64,000 bases of DNA from Deltaproteobacteria bacterium (GCA_024275145.1 JAJRZR010000093.1:7228-71227); one strand, 5' to 3'; positions 21,576 to 32,328 are shown, counted from the stretch's first letter. Translations and numbers: made by a program. Notes: generated from the sequence alone by a model not told the origin.

Positions 21576-22727
21576 ATGATAAAACGAAAAAGAGGACCGA
21601 TATCCTATCGGGATGGTAGGGTGCTCATTGTCGAGGACGATCTGCTCCAAAGAGAGCTTTTGTCACAGGTGGTGAGGACGTACGGGTGTGAAGCGATTGC
21701 TGCTGAGGAAGGGGCAGAGGCCTTGGCAATGGTGCGGCAGGATGAGCCTGACGTGGTCCTGACCGACGTCGTTATGCCCGGCATGAGCGGCCTGGAACTC
21801 TGCCGTGCCATAAAGGACGATATTTCTATAGCCCACATCCCGGTGATAATTGTTACCAGTCTTTCGGAAAAACAGCATATGTTGGAAGGTATAGAGGCAG
21901 GGGCCGATGAATTCCTCACAAAACCTATAGACCCCCAGGAAGTGGGACTCAGGATAGGAAACGCCATATCTGCAAAACGTCTGTTCGAGGATCTTCGCAA
22001 GAATTATTGCCGGTTAAAGGAACTGGAACAGGCAAGGGATAGCCTGACGCATATGATGGTGCACGATATGCGCTCCATCTTGATGGGTATTTCAGGCAAC
22101 GCAGAGCTGCTCAAGATGCGGACACAAGACCGGCTGAGGCCCGACGAGGTCAGGTTCCTGGAGAATATCCTTACCAATATCTCTTCCATGGTGGAGATGG
22201 TTGGAACCGTTCTGGATGTAAGCCGCATGGAAAATGGCAAGATGCCCATTAATATTACCCGGACGGACATCAGGGATGTTGTAAACAAGGCCATTGACCT
22301 CCTTGGGGTAAGACACTGCAATGTCGCGATGAAGGTGGAATTACCTGATACACCGGCTTACGCAGAGTGTGATCCGGACGTGATTTGCAGGGTGCTCACA
22401 AACCTGATCGCCAATGCCTTGAAGTTTACCAGGGGGCTTGAATATCCTGAAATTTCCATATTTGTAGTGCACGATAAAGATACAGTAAGGGTCAGCGTAT
22501 CGGATAACGGCCCGGGTATCCCAGCGGAAGAGCACCGCACGATTTTCCAGAAATACGGCCAGGGGGTCACAGCCATGGATCGTGGGGGGCGGCATTCATC
22601 GGGTATGGGCCTTTATTTTTGTATGCTCGCAATAGAGGCACATGGTGGGACTATAGGTGTGGAGAGCAGCCCTGGTCAAGGGGCCACCTTCCATTTCGAT
22701 TTAAAGGCTAGTGGCGATATGTCCTGA
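21576..22727 (+). CDS. Hybrid response-regulator receiver / histidine kinase
   Basis: N-terminal receiver (VLIVEDD...VVLTDVVMPGMSGLEL...VTSL...KP), then H-box MVHDMRSIL and an HATPase_c domain (DNGPGIP...GMGLYFC...GGTIGVESSPGQGATF). Confidence 0.9.
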   Translation: MIKRKRGPISYRDGRVLIVEDDLLQRELLSQVVRTYGCEAIAAEEGAEALAMVRQDEPDVVLTDVVMPGMSGLELCRAIKDDISIAHIPVIIVTSLSEKQHMLEGIEAGADEFLTKPIDPQEVGLRIGNAISAKRLFEDLRKNYCRLKELEQARDSLTHMMVHDMRSILMGISGNAELLKMRTQDRLRPDEVRFLENILTNISSMVEMVGTVLDVSRMENGKMPINITRTDIRDVVNKAIDLLGVRHCNVAMKVELPDTPAYAECDPDVICRVLTNLIANALKFTRGLEYPEISIFVVHDKDTVRVSVSDNGPGIPAEEHRTIFQKYGQGVTAMDRGGRHSSGMGLYFCMLAIEAHGGTIGVESSPGQGATFHFDLKASGDMS

Positions 22728-22934
22728 TTCGGGCCTTACATGGCCCAAAGGCTTCCTGCCTAGTCCAAAATATACATTATAGTATAAAAAGGCCCTCATA
22801 TCCACATGTGCTGGTGTACATGTGCCTTTATCCAGCATCTTGTTTTTGAACAAAACGGTTCCAGGGGGCTTAAATTGATCATGTAACATGTCCTCTTTGG
22901 GATTTTCTTCAGGGGCCCGGGATGAGACAGAAGA

Positions 22935-25900
22935 ATGTGGATTAGGCGGATCAGTTTCAAAATTTTAGCAGTTGTCCTGATCTTTCTAGCCGGCGGGATA
23001 TTCATGGCGCAGTGGGCACTCGAGGGGGCCCGGGCCAGGAACCAGAAATATTGGGCACAACGTATCCGGCAGGAGGCAAGGGGCACGGACCTTGAGATCA
23101 CTATCCTTAAGACCTACGCGGACATGTTGTCCGATGATCCTTATGTGCATCACATACTGGCAGATCCTGAAACGGCCAGTGGAGAGGATCGGTGGATGGC
23201 CAGGAGACATTTGGGCGCAGTGGCCGTACGCCCTGGGATTCTTGGTGCCTTCCTTCTGGATGCCGAGGGAACCTGTGTGCTTTCGACCCAGAAGGGTCTG
23301 CCAGGGAAGAATTATGCCTTTCGTCCCTATTTCAAAGGGGCCATGTTCAGTGGACAGGGCTTTTATACCTCCGTGGGGGTCAGCTCTGATTCACTGGATT
23401 TCTATTTTGCCTCCAGGGTTTCTACTGGGGGTAAAGCCATTGGGGTAGCGGTGATCAAGATTGCAAGGGATTTCTTTTCCATTGTGCGGCAAGGACAATC
23501 CGCGACCGGCGACCGCACTCTCCACCTATCCAGGCCATTTAATGCCCTTGCAACAGAGCAGGGCATAATAATCGGTTGCGGCCCAGGTCTCTACGTACTT
23601 GGTCCATTGTCCAGATCCATATACCAACCCGGTTACTTGGACAGGCATCCTTCTGGTATGAATCCACGATCCGTGTCGGAATTGTATCCTAGCGATAGAA
23701 GCAATTACGGCATTTCTGCAAAGGGAGGTCAGGGTGTCAAACAGGCAGTAGGGTCCCTTGGTTTTCCGGCAGGTACGTGGAGACGCCTCAAGACACGGGG
23801 GGCGATAAGGATCAATAATCCGAAGTATGGAGACTTCTATCTGGAGATAGTACCGCTTGATGTAAACGGTCTGGTTTTATTCCATTGTATGCCAGCCGAC
23901 ATGGCGGCTTCTTTCATTCCTGCTTCGGAACCCGTTTACGCCATCATCGCCGCATTTATGGTAACCCTGGTAGCCCTTATCGTTCTCTATCAACTGCTCA
24001 TATCGAAACACGCAGCCCTTCGGGTGGCCAACAGCCGTTTGAAGGATGAGCATCAGGAATACAGCAGGCTCTTTTCCCGGTACAAGACACTCATAGATGC
24101 TACCAGTGAAGGATTCTGGATAGTCGATGCGGAACAGCTCCAGATACTAGAGGTAAACGACGCAATTTGCCGGATGCTGGACTATGACAGACAGGCACTG
24201 ATAGGTAAGACCCCTTTTGATCTGGTGGATGACAAGAATCGCAAGATTCTGATGGAACAGGCCTCACAAAAGGGCAAGGATCGTTGTCTGTTCGAACTAG
24301 AGCTGCTGACCAGGGACGGGCAGGTGCGCTACGTTAGAATATCCTCCATCAAGATCACTGGGCAGGTAGGGGAAGGTGATCTTCGTTTTGCCTTCATTAC
24401 CGATCTTACCGATTATGTAAGGTCCCAGCAACAAATAAGGAAGCTTTCGGTGGCCGTGGAGCAGAGCGCAAATACCGTGGTCATTACGAATACCCAGGGA
24501 GAAATAGAATATGTAAACCCGAAGTTCTGCCAGGTTACAGGCTACAGCAAGGATGAGATCATGGGTAAAAATCCCAGGCTGCTCAAGTCAGGTCTCCAGA
24601 GCAGGGGATTTTATCAGGATCTCTGGAACACCATATCCTCTGGTGCGGTATGGAAGGGCGAATTTTGTAACAAGAAGAAGAACGGAGATGTTTTTTGGGA
24701 AAGCGCCACTATTTCGCCAGTCAGGGATGAACAGGGCAATATTTCCCATTACATAGCGATCAAAGAGGATATAACCGACAAGATAAGATTGAGGACCAGG
24801 CTTGAGGAGACGGCGGCAGAGCTTGATCTTATTATTGAAAATGCCGGGATAGGCATAGCGTACATAAAAAACAGGAGGCTTGTTCGATTAAACAGCGCAA
24901 TGGCCAGACTCTATGGAGCAAGGCCCGATGAATTGATAGGTAAAGACACCTCTTTTATCTATGCCTCCATGGATGACTATGAAAACTATGGCAAGGAAAT
25001 ATATTCCAGGTTGGCAAACGGGGAGACCGTAGTCAAAGAACTTCCATTCAACAGGAAGGACGGAAGCACAATATGGGGCCGGCTTACCGGTAAGGCATTG
25101 GATCCGGGTGATCCTGATGGGGGATCCATATGGATGTTGGAGGATATCACCAGAAGGAAGGCCATGGAGGCTGCCATGGCAAGGAAGGATGCCATCCTCG
25201 AGGCAGTGAGCATGACCTCGAGCCTCCTGCTTACAGGTATCGATTGGAGAGCAGCTGCAGGGCAATTTTTATCTGCCCTCGGCGGTGCCTCGGCGGTAAC
25301 CCGTGCATCAATTCTGAAGCTAGAGAAGAACAAGACTGGTGCCACGGATATAAACGGCGTAGCCCACTGGGCCAGTCCCAATGTTGTATCCAGTTTTTCG
25401 GATTTCCTTGATGCCTTGTCGGACAAAACAGTCCTTTTGCAATCTGTGTTGGGCAGGTTAAAGGACGGAGAGATAGAGGTCATGTATCTCCTTCTTGATT
25501 CTCCCGCAGGTATACAAGAGGAAGGACACCCTGGCGGCATCATGTCTTCTGTCTGTTTATGTCCCATAATTCTTGAAGGCAGTCTTTGGGGGATGCTGGC
25601 CTTTGAGAATTTTGGAAACGAAAGAACATGGTCGGAGGCAGAGCTTGAGGCCTTTAAAGTGGCAGCAAATGTAATATCCGCTGCAATACAGAGGGAATAT
25701 TTTGAATTGGAGAAGAGGCTTGAGGAATTCAAGTTTACTACCATCATATCAAATGCAAACAGCATAATTCTCAGGGTGGATGCGTCCGGTCGGGTTTTGT
25801 TTTTGAACAGGTTTGGTCTAGAGTTCTTTGGTTATACGGAAGACGATATCCGTGGGGAAGAGGCCATCGGCACCATTTTTCCAGAGGGGGAAGGTGTTGC

Positions 25901-28112
25901 AAGCGCCCTGAGGCGTCTCATTGAAGATCCCCATCCCCCTTCAGGAGACTACTATTCCAGCGAGGGCGAAAGTATCCGTGGGGATGGTCGCCATGTATGG
26001 ATATCATGGACCAATACCCCGATTACCGATTCGAATGGAAGGCTTAAAGAAGTACTTTCCATCGGGCACGATCTTACCCGTCAAAAAGAGATAGAAAAAA
26101 GGCTGAGAGAGGCCAGCGAGGCCAAGAGCCGGTTTGTTGCAAACATGAGCCATGAAATCCGTACCCCGCTCAATGCAGTCATAGGTATGGCGGACCTGGT
26201 TATGAAGACAAGGCTTGATCCTGTACAAAAGCAGTATGTTTCAGCGATCCAAGCCGGTGCCAATACCTTGTTGTCTCTTATAAACAACATACTTGATTTC
26301 TCAAAGATCGAAGCCGGTCAGATGGTACTGGAGCGTAAGGTTTTCGAACTTGACAAGGTCATGGAGGAATCAGTGCGGATAATTGCCGCCAAAGCACATG
26401 CAAAGGATCTTGAAATCCTGTGTCACTGGGAGCCGGATGTTCCTCTTAAGCTCGTAGGGGACGAACTCAGGTTGTCCCAGATCTTCTTGAATCTTATGGG
26501 GAATTCGGTGAAGTTTACCGAAGTGGGCGATGTTGTACTTGATTGTAGCCTGGAAGGTATAGAAGATGATATTGCAATCCTCCACTTCAGGGTAATAGAT
26601 ACGGGGATAGGTATTCCAGAGGGTGAGCAGAAAAATATCTTCGAACCCTTTACCCAGGCCGATACCTCTGTAACCCGGCGGTTTGGTGGTACAGGGCTTG
26701 GGCTTTCGTTGTGTATGAGGCTTGCAAAACTCATGGATGGAGGCCTATGGGTAGAGAGTACAGAGGGCATGGGTACTACGTTCCACCTGCGGCTGAGATT
26801 GCCGAGGGCACAAGATATATCGGACATGTCGTTGCCCGATGGCATTGCTCCCATGGATTGGCCCGTCCTGGTGGTTTCACCCAATCATTGGCTTAGGCTC
26901 GTTATCAAGGATCTGCTTGTTCCCTATGGTTTTCCTGTGACTGGTATGGGTGATCCTGCTGTCATTGCCAATTTTCTTTCCGGCGATCTGAAAGGATGCA
27001 GGGCTAGGCTGATATTCATAGATGAGGTCGTTACGGAGACCGCTTCAGTGGTATACGCTGACCAGGGAGGGCGATCTCCCCATCTTATCCTCCTTGACAA
27101 GGCATTTGCAGGAGGGCCTGACAGCACTGCAGGAGGTGATTCAGGATTTATCCAATGTCTGCACAAGCCGGTTTTCAAGGCTCAATTGTTGAACATCGTC
27201 AGCCAGATAATACTAGGAAAGCCATTTCTTGAACCTGGCATAGATCTCCGGCTGGATATTGCAGGTAGAGCCTCGGGCAGGTTGTCTGCCAGGGTGTTGT
27301 TGGTAGAGGATAACGAGCTTAACCAGCAGCTTGCTATGGCCATTTTATCTAACGCCGGTCATGAGTTTAGCCTTGCAGCTGATGGCCTGGATGCGCTTGA
27401 ACAGCTTTCGAAAGAGACCTTTGATCTGGTCCTGATGGATGTCCAGATGCCAAGGATGGATGGAATACTTGCGACCAGGGTGATCAGGGCCGTTGAGGCA
27501 GGAAGGGAACCAGCGGGTGCAGGGCAGCTTTCCCGCAAACTTCTCGATGGCTTGAAGAGGAACCTGGCAGGGAAGCACATCCCTATAATAGCCATGACTG
27601 CCCATGCCTTTCTGGAAGACCGGGACAACTGCATGGCCGCCGGGATGGATGATTATCTTACGAAACCCTTCAAACCCAAAGAGATAAACCAGGTCATTGC
27701 CTGGTCTCTGAATCAGGGGGAATCACACACAGGGAAGCACCTGCCGGATCAGTCACCTTATAAAGAGGCCGGGAAGGCCCGGGCTGTACGACAAGAACTT
27801 GATATGGAGGCAGTAAAGAGATATCTCGTAGAGACCTTTGGCCTGACCCCAGAGGAAATGGAAGGGATGCTTGAGACCATTTCCCTCTCCCTGGAGCCGG
27901 TTCTTGAAAAGGGTAAAGACGCTGCGATATCCGGGCGTCATCTGGAGCTTTCCGAGGCGGCACATTCCATTAAGGGGATACTTTTAAACCTTGGCCTTGA
28001 AGAGTTGGCTGAAAAGGCGTTGCAAATCGAGGTAAATAGTAGGAAGCAGGCTGCGTTCCCATACCAACAGGCGTTTTTCGAACTAGAGGACCGTCTCAGG
28101 CCATTGCTTTAG
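22935..28112 (+). CDS. Giant (1725-aa) hybrid sensor histidine kinase: periplasmic sensor, TM, several PAS/GAF modules, HisKA/HATPase, degenerate receiver, true receiver, HPt
   Basis: N-terminal TM, then a roughly 300-aa extracytoplasmic region, then a second TM. PAS-like repeats are present (e.g. GKNPRLLKSG...WKGEFCNKKKNGDVFW). H-box SHEIRTPLN has its His codon at 26151-26153. Receiver Asp in LVLMDVQMP is at 27438-27440. HPt motif AAHSIKG has its His at 27963-27965. Confidence 0.9.
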   Translation: MWIRRISFKILAVVLIFLAGGIFMAQWALEGARARNQKYWAQRIRQEARGTDLEITILKTYADMLSDDPYVHHILADPETASGEDRWMARRHLGAVAVRPGILGAFLLDAEGTCVLSTQKGLPGKNYAFRPYFKGAMFSGQGFYTSVGVSSDSLDFYFASRVSTGGKAIGVAVIKIARDFFSIVRQGQSATGDRTLHLSRPFNALATEQGIIIGCGPGLYVLGPLSRSIYQPGYLDRHPSGMNPRSVSELYPSDRSNYGISAKGGQGVKQAVGSLGFPAGTWRRLKTRGAIRINNPKYGDFYLEIVPLDVNGLVLFHCMPADMAASFIPASEPVYAIIAAFMVTLVALIVLYQLLISKHAALRVANSRLKDEHQEYSRLFSRYKTLIDATSEGFWIVDAEQLQILEVNDAICRMLDYDRQALIGKTPFDLVDDKNRKILMEQASQKGKDRCLFELELLTRDGQVRYVRISSIKITGQVGEGDLRFAFITDLTDYVRSQQQIRKLSVAVEQSANTVVITNTQGEIEYVNPKFCQVTGYSKDEIMGKNPRLLKSGLQSRGFYQDLWNTISSGAVWKGEFCNKKKNGDVFWESATISPVRDEQGNISHYIAIKEDITDKIRLRTRLEETAAELDLIIENAGIGIAYIKNRRLVRLNSAMARLYGARPDELIGKDTSFIYASMDDYENYGKEIYSRLANGETVVKELPFNRKDGSTIWGRLTGKALDPGDPDGGSIWMLEDITRRKAMEAAMARKDAILEAVSMTSSLLLTGIDWRAAAGQFLSALGGASAVTRASILKLEKNKTGATDINGVAHWASPNVVSSFSDFLDALSDKTVLLQSVLGRLKDGEIEVMYLLLDSPAGIQEEGHPGGIMSSVCLCPIILEGSLWGMLAFENFGNERTWSEAELEAFKVAANVISAAIQREYFELEKRLEEFKFTTIISNANSIILRVDASGRVLFLNRFGLEFFGYTEDDIRGEEAIGTIFPEGEGVASALRRLIEDPHPPSGDYYSSEGESIRGDGRHVWISWTNTPITDSNGRLKEVLSIGHDLTRQKEIEKRLREASEAKSRFVANMSHEIRTPLNAVIGMADLVMKTRLDPVQKQYVSAIQAGANTLLSLINNILDFSKIEAGQMVLERKVFELDKVMEESVRIIAAKAHAKDLEILCHWEPDVPLKLVGDELRLSQIFLNLMGNSVKFTEVGDVVLDCSLEGIEDDIAILHFRVIDTGIGIPEGEQKNIFEPFTQADTSVTRRFGGTGLGLSLCMRLAKLMDGGLWVESTEGMGTTFHLRLRLPRAQDISDMSLPDGIAPMDWPVLVVSPNHWLRLVIKDLLVPYGFPVTGMGDPAVIANFLSGDLKGCRARLIFIDEVVTETASVVYADQGGRSPHLILLDKAFAGGPDSTAGGDSGFIQCLHKPVFKAQLLNIVSQIILGKPFLEPGIDLRLDIAGRASGRLSARVLLVEDNELNQQLAMAILSNAGHEFSLAADGLDALEQLSKETFDLVLMDVQMPRMDGILATRVIRAVEAGREPAGAGQLSRKLLDGLKRNLAGKHIPIIAMTAHAFLEDRDNCMAAGMDDYLTKPFKPKEINQVIAWSLNQGESHTGKHLPDQSPYKEAGKARAVRQELDMEAVKRYLVETFGLTPEEMEGMLETISLSLEPVLEKGKDAAISGRHLELSEAAHSIKGILLNLGLEELAEKALQIEVNSRKQAAFPYQQAFFELEDRLRPLL

Positions 28113-28161
28113 GTCCGACCAATCCAGCAGGATAGAGGAAGAAGGCGGGCATTTTGTGTGG

Positions 28162-29322
28162 TTATTGGGATTGGCCGATCGTCTCGACCCTCTCGTTTGA
28201 TTTGAGAATTGCACGACGGTTGTCAGTCCTTGCCGCTTCACGGTAACCTTCTACAAGTTCATCTATGAGTTCCTGAACGGATTGTATCTTGTCGATGCGC
28301 CAGACGTTTTCCCCGCAAAAGACAAAGCCTGCGTCCAGATTGCCCCTTTGGGCATTTACAAGCGCCATGCTTATACAATATGGGGTATTCGGATAATGGC
28401 AGGGTTTAAGACACTTATAGCCACACTTCTTGGGTATCTTCTGCCCGGATTTGGCCTTTTCTGTAAATTTACCCTTTAATGCACGCCCGGGCATTCCGAC
28501 AGGGCTTTGGATTATATCTACATCCTCTTTTTTGGCGTCCAGATATGCCTGCTTGAATTTATCAGAGGCATCGCATTCATGAGTGGCAACAAACCTGGTA
28601 CCCATCTGGACCCCTGCGGCCCCCAGCTTCATTATGTTATAGATATCCTCACCCGTGTATATACCTCCTGCGGCTATTACGGGTATCTTCTGTTGATACT
28701 TTGCTTCGAAAGGCCGAACCGATTTCAATACCTCGATTATAAGGTTGGAGATCTGCTTTTCGGGAAGGTCAAGCTCTTCAGCCTTGAACCCCAGATGCCC
28801 CCCGGCCTTGGGGCCTTCTACCACAATGGCATCGGGAAGGCGATTGAAGTGCTCTTTCCATCTCTTACACAGTATTTGTGCGGCCCTGCCGGACGAGACT
28901 ATAGGTACCAGTTTCGTATCGGCACCCTTTGGTAACATACCAGGCAGCTTTAGTGGAAGGCCAGCACCGCTTATGATAAGATCGGCCCCTGCTTCAGCGG
29001 CAATTTTGACCAGGACCTCGTAGTCTTGCAGGGCAACCATAATGTTGACCCCAATAATGCCGTTAGGTGCAGCCTCTTTCGCCTCCTTTATTTGCTTCGC
29101 CAATGCCCTGTAGGTAGCGCCTTGAGGATCTTTGTAAAAATCTTTTTCGTTGATGCCTATCAGTACAGATGCCAATACACCTATCCCGCCAGCCTTTGCC
29201 ACTGCTGAGGCCAGACCTGACATGGAGATACCAACTCCCATTCCGCCTTGGATGATTGGAAGTCTGGACTCGATGTCACCGATAGTAAGGGATGGAGGAT
29301 CATAAATATTTTTCTGAATCAT
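28162..29322 (-). CDS. Nitronate monooxygenase / FabK-like FMN oxidoreductase family protein with Cys-rich C-terminal extension
   Basis: IQGGMGVGIS near the N-terminus, TIM-barrel FMN-binding pattern (AAGGIYTGEDI...VQMGTRF), and a C-terminal CGYKCLKPCHYPNTPYC segment. Only 56 nt downstream of the flxA-like gene with no hairpin between them. Confidence 0.78.
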   Translation of the reverse strand: MIQKNIYDPPSLTIGDIESRLPIIQGGMGVGISMSGLASAVAKAGGIGVLASVLIGINEKDFYKDPQGATYRALAKQIKEAKEAAPNGIIGVNIMVALQDYEVLVKIAAEAGADLIISGAGLPLKLPGMLPKGADTKLVPIVSSGRAAQILCKRWKEHFNRLPDAIVVEGPKAGGHLGFKAEELDLPEKQISNLIIEVLKSVRPFEAKYQQKIPVIAAGGIYTGEDIYNIMKLGAAGVQMGTRFVATHECDASDKFKQAYLDAKKEDVDIIQSPVGMPGRALKGKFTEKAKSGQKIPKKCGYKCLKPCHYPNTPYCISMALVNAQRGNLDAGFVFCGENVWRIDKIQSVQELIDELVEGYREAARTDNRRAILKSNERVETIGQSQ

Positions 29323-29378
29323 GGACGCCTTTTAGTCTTCTTGGGAATCCACGTCAAGTGATGTAGTGGTAAATTTTT

Positions 29379-30230
29379 TTAAAATTCTACTGGTAGCTTT
29401 TGTACCTCAGCCCTGGTAAATACCGGGCCGTCCTTGCAGACGTATACCGGTCCCACGTTGCAGTGACCACATACGCCAAGGCCACACTTCATCCGGTTTT
29501 CAAGGGAGAGATATACCTGGTCGTCTGTCCAGCCGATCTTTTCCAGTGGCGGCATGGTAAACTTTATCATGATGGGGGGACCACATATGAGGGCGGCGGA
29601 GTTCTCCGGTGATGGGGCAACCTGCCCGGCAATGGTGGGCACGAAGCCCACCAAGCCGTCCCATCCAGGGGCATCCTGGTCGATAGTGACAAACATTTCC
29701 ATGTCATCCCGTTGGGACCATGCCTTAAGCTCTTCTTTGTACAATAGCATCCCCGGCGTTCTGGCACCATATATCACGGTGATCTTACCGTAATCCTGTC
29801 TATGGGCCAGCATATATATCAGGGTAGCCCTGAGAGTGGTGAAGGCGAATCCACCCGCGATTATGACGATATTCTTTCCTTTAAGCCCCTCGTCTACCGG
29901 GAAACCGTTACCAAGGGGACCCCTTATACCGATTCTTGCCCCGACATCCATCTTGTGCAGAGCCGTTGTAACCACCCCCGCCCTGTTGACCGTAAAGAGA
30001 AGGTGGCCCTTTTCCGTTGGAGAAGATGCAATACCTATGGGTATCTCACCTTTGCCTGCCAGTGACAGCATGGCAAACTGTCCTGGTATGTGGTTCCAAC
30101 TGGCCATATCTTCCGGCTTTTCAAGGATGATCCTGTAGGTCTTGAGGTTCTGGTCCTCTGTTTCTATGGTAATAGCATCTATCCTTCCAGGGTACGGGAG
30201 ATAGGGGTTTTTTTGATCTGTATTTTTCAT
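29379..30230 (-). CDS. FlxA-like FAD/NAD(P)-binding oxidoreductase with C-terminal [2Fe-2S] motif (AsrB / sulfhydrogenase-gamma family)
   Basis: From ATG 30230 the product is about 283 aa. Ferredoxin-reductase-type fold (RPISIAS-like PIGIASSP, GPLGNGF, IIAGGFAF) and C-terminal CGLGVCGHCNVG. The track extends it to 30326, inside the upstream gene. Confidence 0.75.
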   Translation of the reverse strand: MKNTDQKNPYLPYPGRIDAITIETEDQNLKTYRIILEKPEDMASWNHIPGQFAMLSLAGKGEIPIGIASSPTEKGHLLFTVNRAGVVTTALHKMDVGARIGIRGPLGNGFPVDEGLKGKNIVIIAGGFAFTTLRATLIYMLAHRQDYGKITVIYGARTPGMLLYKEELKAWSQRDDMEMFVTIDQDAPGWDGLVGFVPTIAGQVAPSPENSAALICGPPIMIKFTMPPLEKIGWTDDQVYLSLENRMKCGLGVCGHCNVGPVYVCKDGPVFTRAEVQKLPVEF

Positions 30231-30238
30231 GGCATGTT

Positions 30239-31267
30239 TTATTGAATCGAAAGGAGGTCCCTCATTACCTCCCTGATGTCTATATTTACCGGGCATTCCC
30301 TGATACAGCGTCCACAGCCTACACATGAAAGCGGTCCGAAACGTTCGGGAAAGTATTTCAGCTTGTGCATGAAGCGGTTTCTCACCCGTTGGATCTTTTG
30401 CCCCCGGGGGTTGTGGCCGGATGCATGTTGTGTAAATAGCGGGAACATGCAGGAATCCCAGTATCTTATCCTCCTGCCCTTGCCCTTTACGGTTTCATCC
30501 TGGATGTCAAAGCAGTAACAGGTTGGGCACAGGAATGTACAGGCACCGCAATTGATACAGGAATCGGCAAGTTTTTGCCAGAAGGTGGCATTGTAGAGGT
30601 CCATCAGTGCCTTTTTTCTAAGGATTTCCGCCGGGCTTCCTGCAGGCCCTGTCCCTTTTTGTGCCTGTTTCCGTAAGGCCTCAAGTTGTTTCCTTTCTTC
30701 TGGTGATGCCTCCTTGGTATCATGTAGATGTCCCAGCAGTTCTTTTCCCTTCTCGCTCAGGACTGCGGCCAGGTAACCTCCTTCGATCTTGGTCATGGCA
30801 ATATCCATTCCCTCGGTACCCATAGGGGAACCTCCGGTCCATGAACAGAAACAGGTGCTGCATGGCCGTTCGCATGTAAAGCCTACTATCAGGGTGGTAT
30901 CCTTCCTGACCTTGAAATAGGGATCGTTGGCAAAGGGAAGTGAATTCAGCATGACACTCCTGGCATCGCACGGTCTGACCCCCAGTATGATCCTTTCCCG
31001 GCCTTTCCCCATGGCGGGTCTGGGTACATAGGCATCTCGGTCTCCTGACCTGGTTGAATACTCCAGCAAGGTCTCTGGTTGCGGGAAGAAGAAGACCTTT
31101 ATGGATGCCCTAGGTACTCCCTCGGCAGGTTCATTGAATGCCAAAGGTTCGATGCGTTGCCAGCCAACCTTGCCGTTTCCTTCCACAGGAGAAAACAGGT
31201 CCCTGGTTTCGTTCCACCTGGTCAGCAAGGTTTTCAGGTCGGAATTGTCAAGTTTTAGTATCTTCAC
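30239..31267 (-). CDS. FlxB-like iron-sulfur protein (AsrA / sulfhydrogenase-beta family)
   Basis: 342 aa. Cys clusters CSTCFC, CINCGACTFLCPTCYC and CVGCGRCIRECP. The start overlaps the upstream stop in ATGA. Confidence 0.72.
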   Translation of the reverse strand: MKILKLDNSDLKTLLTRWNETRDLFSPVEGNGKVGWQRIEPLAFNEPAEGVPRASIKVFFFPQPETLLEYSTRSGDRDAYVPRPAMGKGRERIILGVRPCDARSVMLNSLPFANDPYFKVRKDTTLIVGFTCERPCSTCFCSWTGGSPMGTEGMDIAMTKIEGGYLAAVLSEKGKELLGHLHDTKEASPEERKQLEALRKQAQKGTGPAGSPAEILRKKALMDLYNATFWQKLADSCINCGACTFLCPTCYCFDIQDETVKGKGRRIRYWDSCMFPLFTQHASGHNPRGQKIQRVRNRFMHKLKYFPERFGPLSCVGCGRCIRECPVNIDIREVMRDLLSIQ

Positions 31268-32322
31268 TTTTCGCTTCCCCCTTGTGTACCCTGTTTTTTC
31301 GATCCGGCGATGATGAATGTATCTGGATCTTCCGGCTGGTAGGTGGTAAGGGGAAGGGGAGAATTGAGATCAAGCCCTGGTTCCGATGCAAAAAGCTCCA
31401 GGCAGTCCTTCTGGAGTTTGCGGGTAAAGAGCCTCATCTTTATCCCCATGGGGCAGGCACTTTCGCACGCGCCGCAGTCGGTACAGCGGCCAGCACAATG
31501 GTATGCCCTGAGTATGTGAAAGGTTGCCGTATCGGTTTTATCTATGCTTTTCCCTACCCACTGGGGATGGGAATCGTCAACAAAGCAGGTGGGACAGTAG
31601 CAAAGCGGGCAGGCGTTTCTGCATGCGTAGCAGCGGATGCAGGTAGCAATCTCTTCCTGGAACCATGCCCACCGGGAACCTGCGTCCATACGTTCGATCT
31701 CCTCTATCCGGGCAAACGGCTCATGGACACGCCTTTCCGGAACGGTGGGGCCGATCTTTTTGTCAAGGATTACAGGCGATGGATGGACGCATGTAAGGCA
31801 GTTGTCACGAAGTACCTCTTGCCTTGCCGTTTCCATCTTGAAGTCCCTTCCAGAGATGATCACTCTTTCATCCGTCTCTTCAAGGGACTGGATCTCCCTA
31901 CCCCCTGCCAGGACCTCCAGCTTCCTTCTGTCGATCATGCCATGACTGTCCACTCCCAGGATGACCAGCCTCTCCCTGTCCATCTGATTTTCCTGGATCT
32001 GGATTACCATGTTCCTGGACCAGCATCCGGTGGCGATTACCCCTACCCTGGGTAATGGTCCCTCAGGAGGCGGTTCCCCAGGGCGCCTGGGTGGCTCAAG
32101 GGATTTCAGCAGGCCTGGCAGGTAATTGGCCAGGTTCATCACGCATAGGCCGTTCCATACCAGTTTGTCCGTTTCCTCTGGGGTTCTCGCGACGAAGGGC
32201 CTGGTAACAGTAGGAAGGCTTCCCTTGACAAAGCCAAGGAAGGCAGCGACCTTGCCGGACTCCAGGAGATCCTTTGCCTCCCTTCTGATTGCTTCAGTAG
32301 TTTGTGAAAAGAGAGTTTCCAT
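31264..32322 (-). CDS. FlxC-like iron-sulfur protein
   Basis: 352 aa. Cys clusters CIRCYACRNACPLCYCPTC and CTDCGACESACP. Size and position match the second Fe-S subunit of Flx-type modules. Confidence 0.65.
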   Translation of the reverse strand: METLFSQTTEAIRREAKDLLESGKVAAFLGFVKGSLPTVTRPFVARTPEETDKLVWNGLCVMNLANYLPGLLKSLEPPRRPGEPPPEGPLPRVGVIATGCWSRNMVIQIQENQMDRERLVILGVDSHGMIDRRKLEVLAGGREIQSLEETDERVIISGRDFKMETARQEVLRDNCLTCVHPSPVILDKKIGPTVPERRVHEPFARIEEIERMDAGSRWAWFQEEIATCIRCYACRNACPLCYCPTCFVDDSHPQWVGKSIDKTDTATFHILRAYHCAGRCTDCGACESACPMGIKMRLFTRKLQKDCLELFASEPGLDLNSPLPLTTYQPEDPDTFIIAGSKKQGTQGGSEK

Positions 32323-32328
32323 GGGCAG

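Noticed and set aside
31138-32055. 305-aa plus-strand ORF across the flxB/flxC-like genes
   Set aside because: It is antisense to two Fe-S protein genes with conserved Cys clusters, so it is a shadow ORF. The same reasoning applies to 24986..25765, 16272..16952, 37121..37762, 39550..40155 and 58019..58591.
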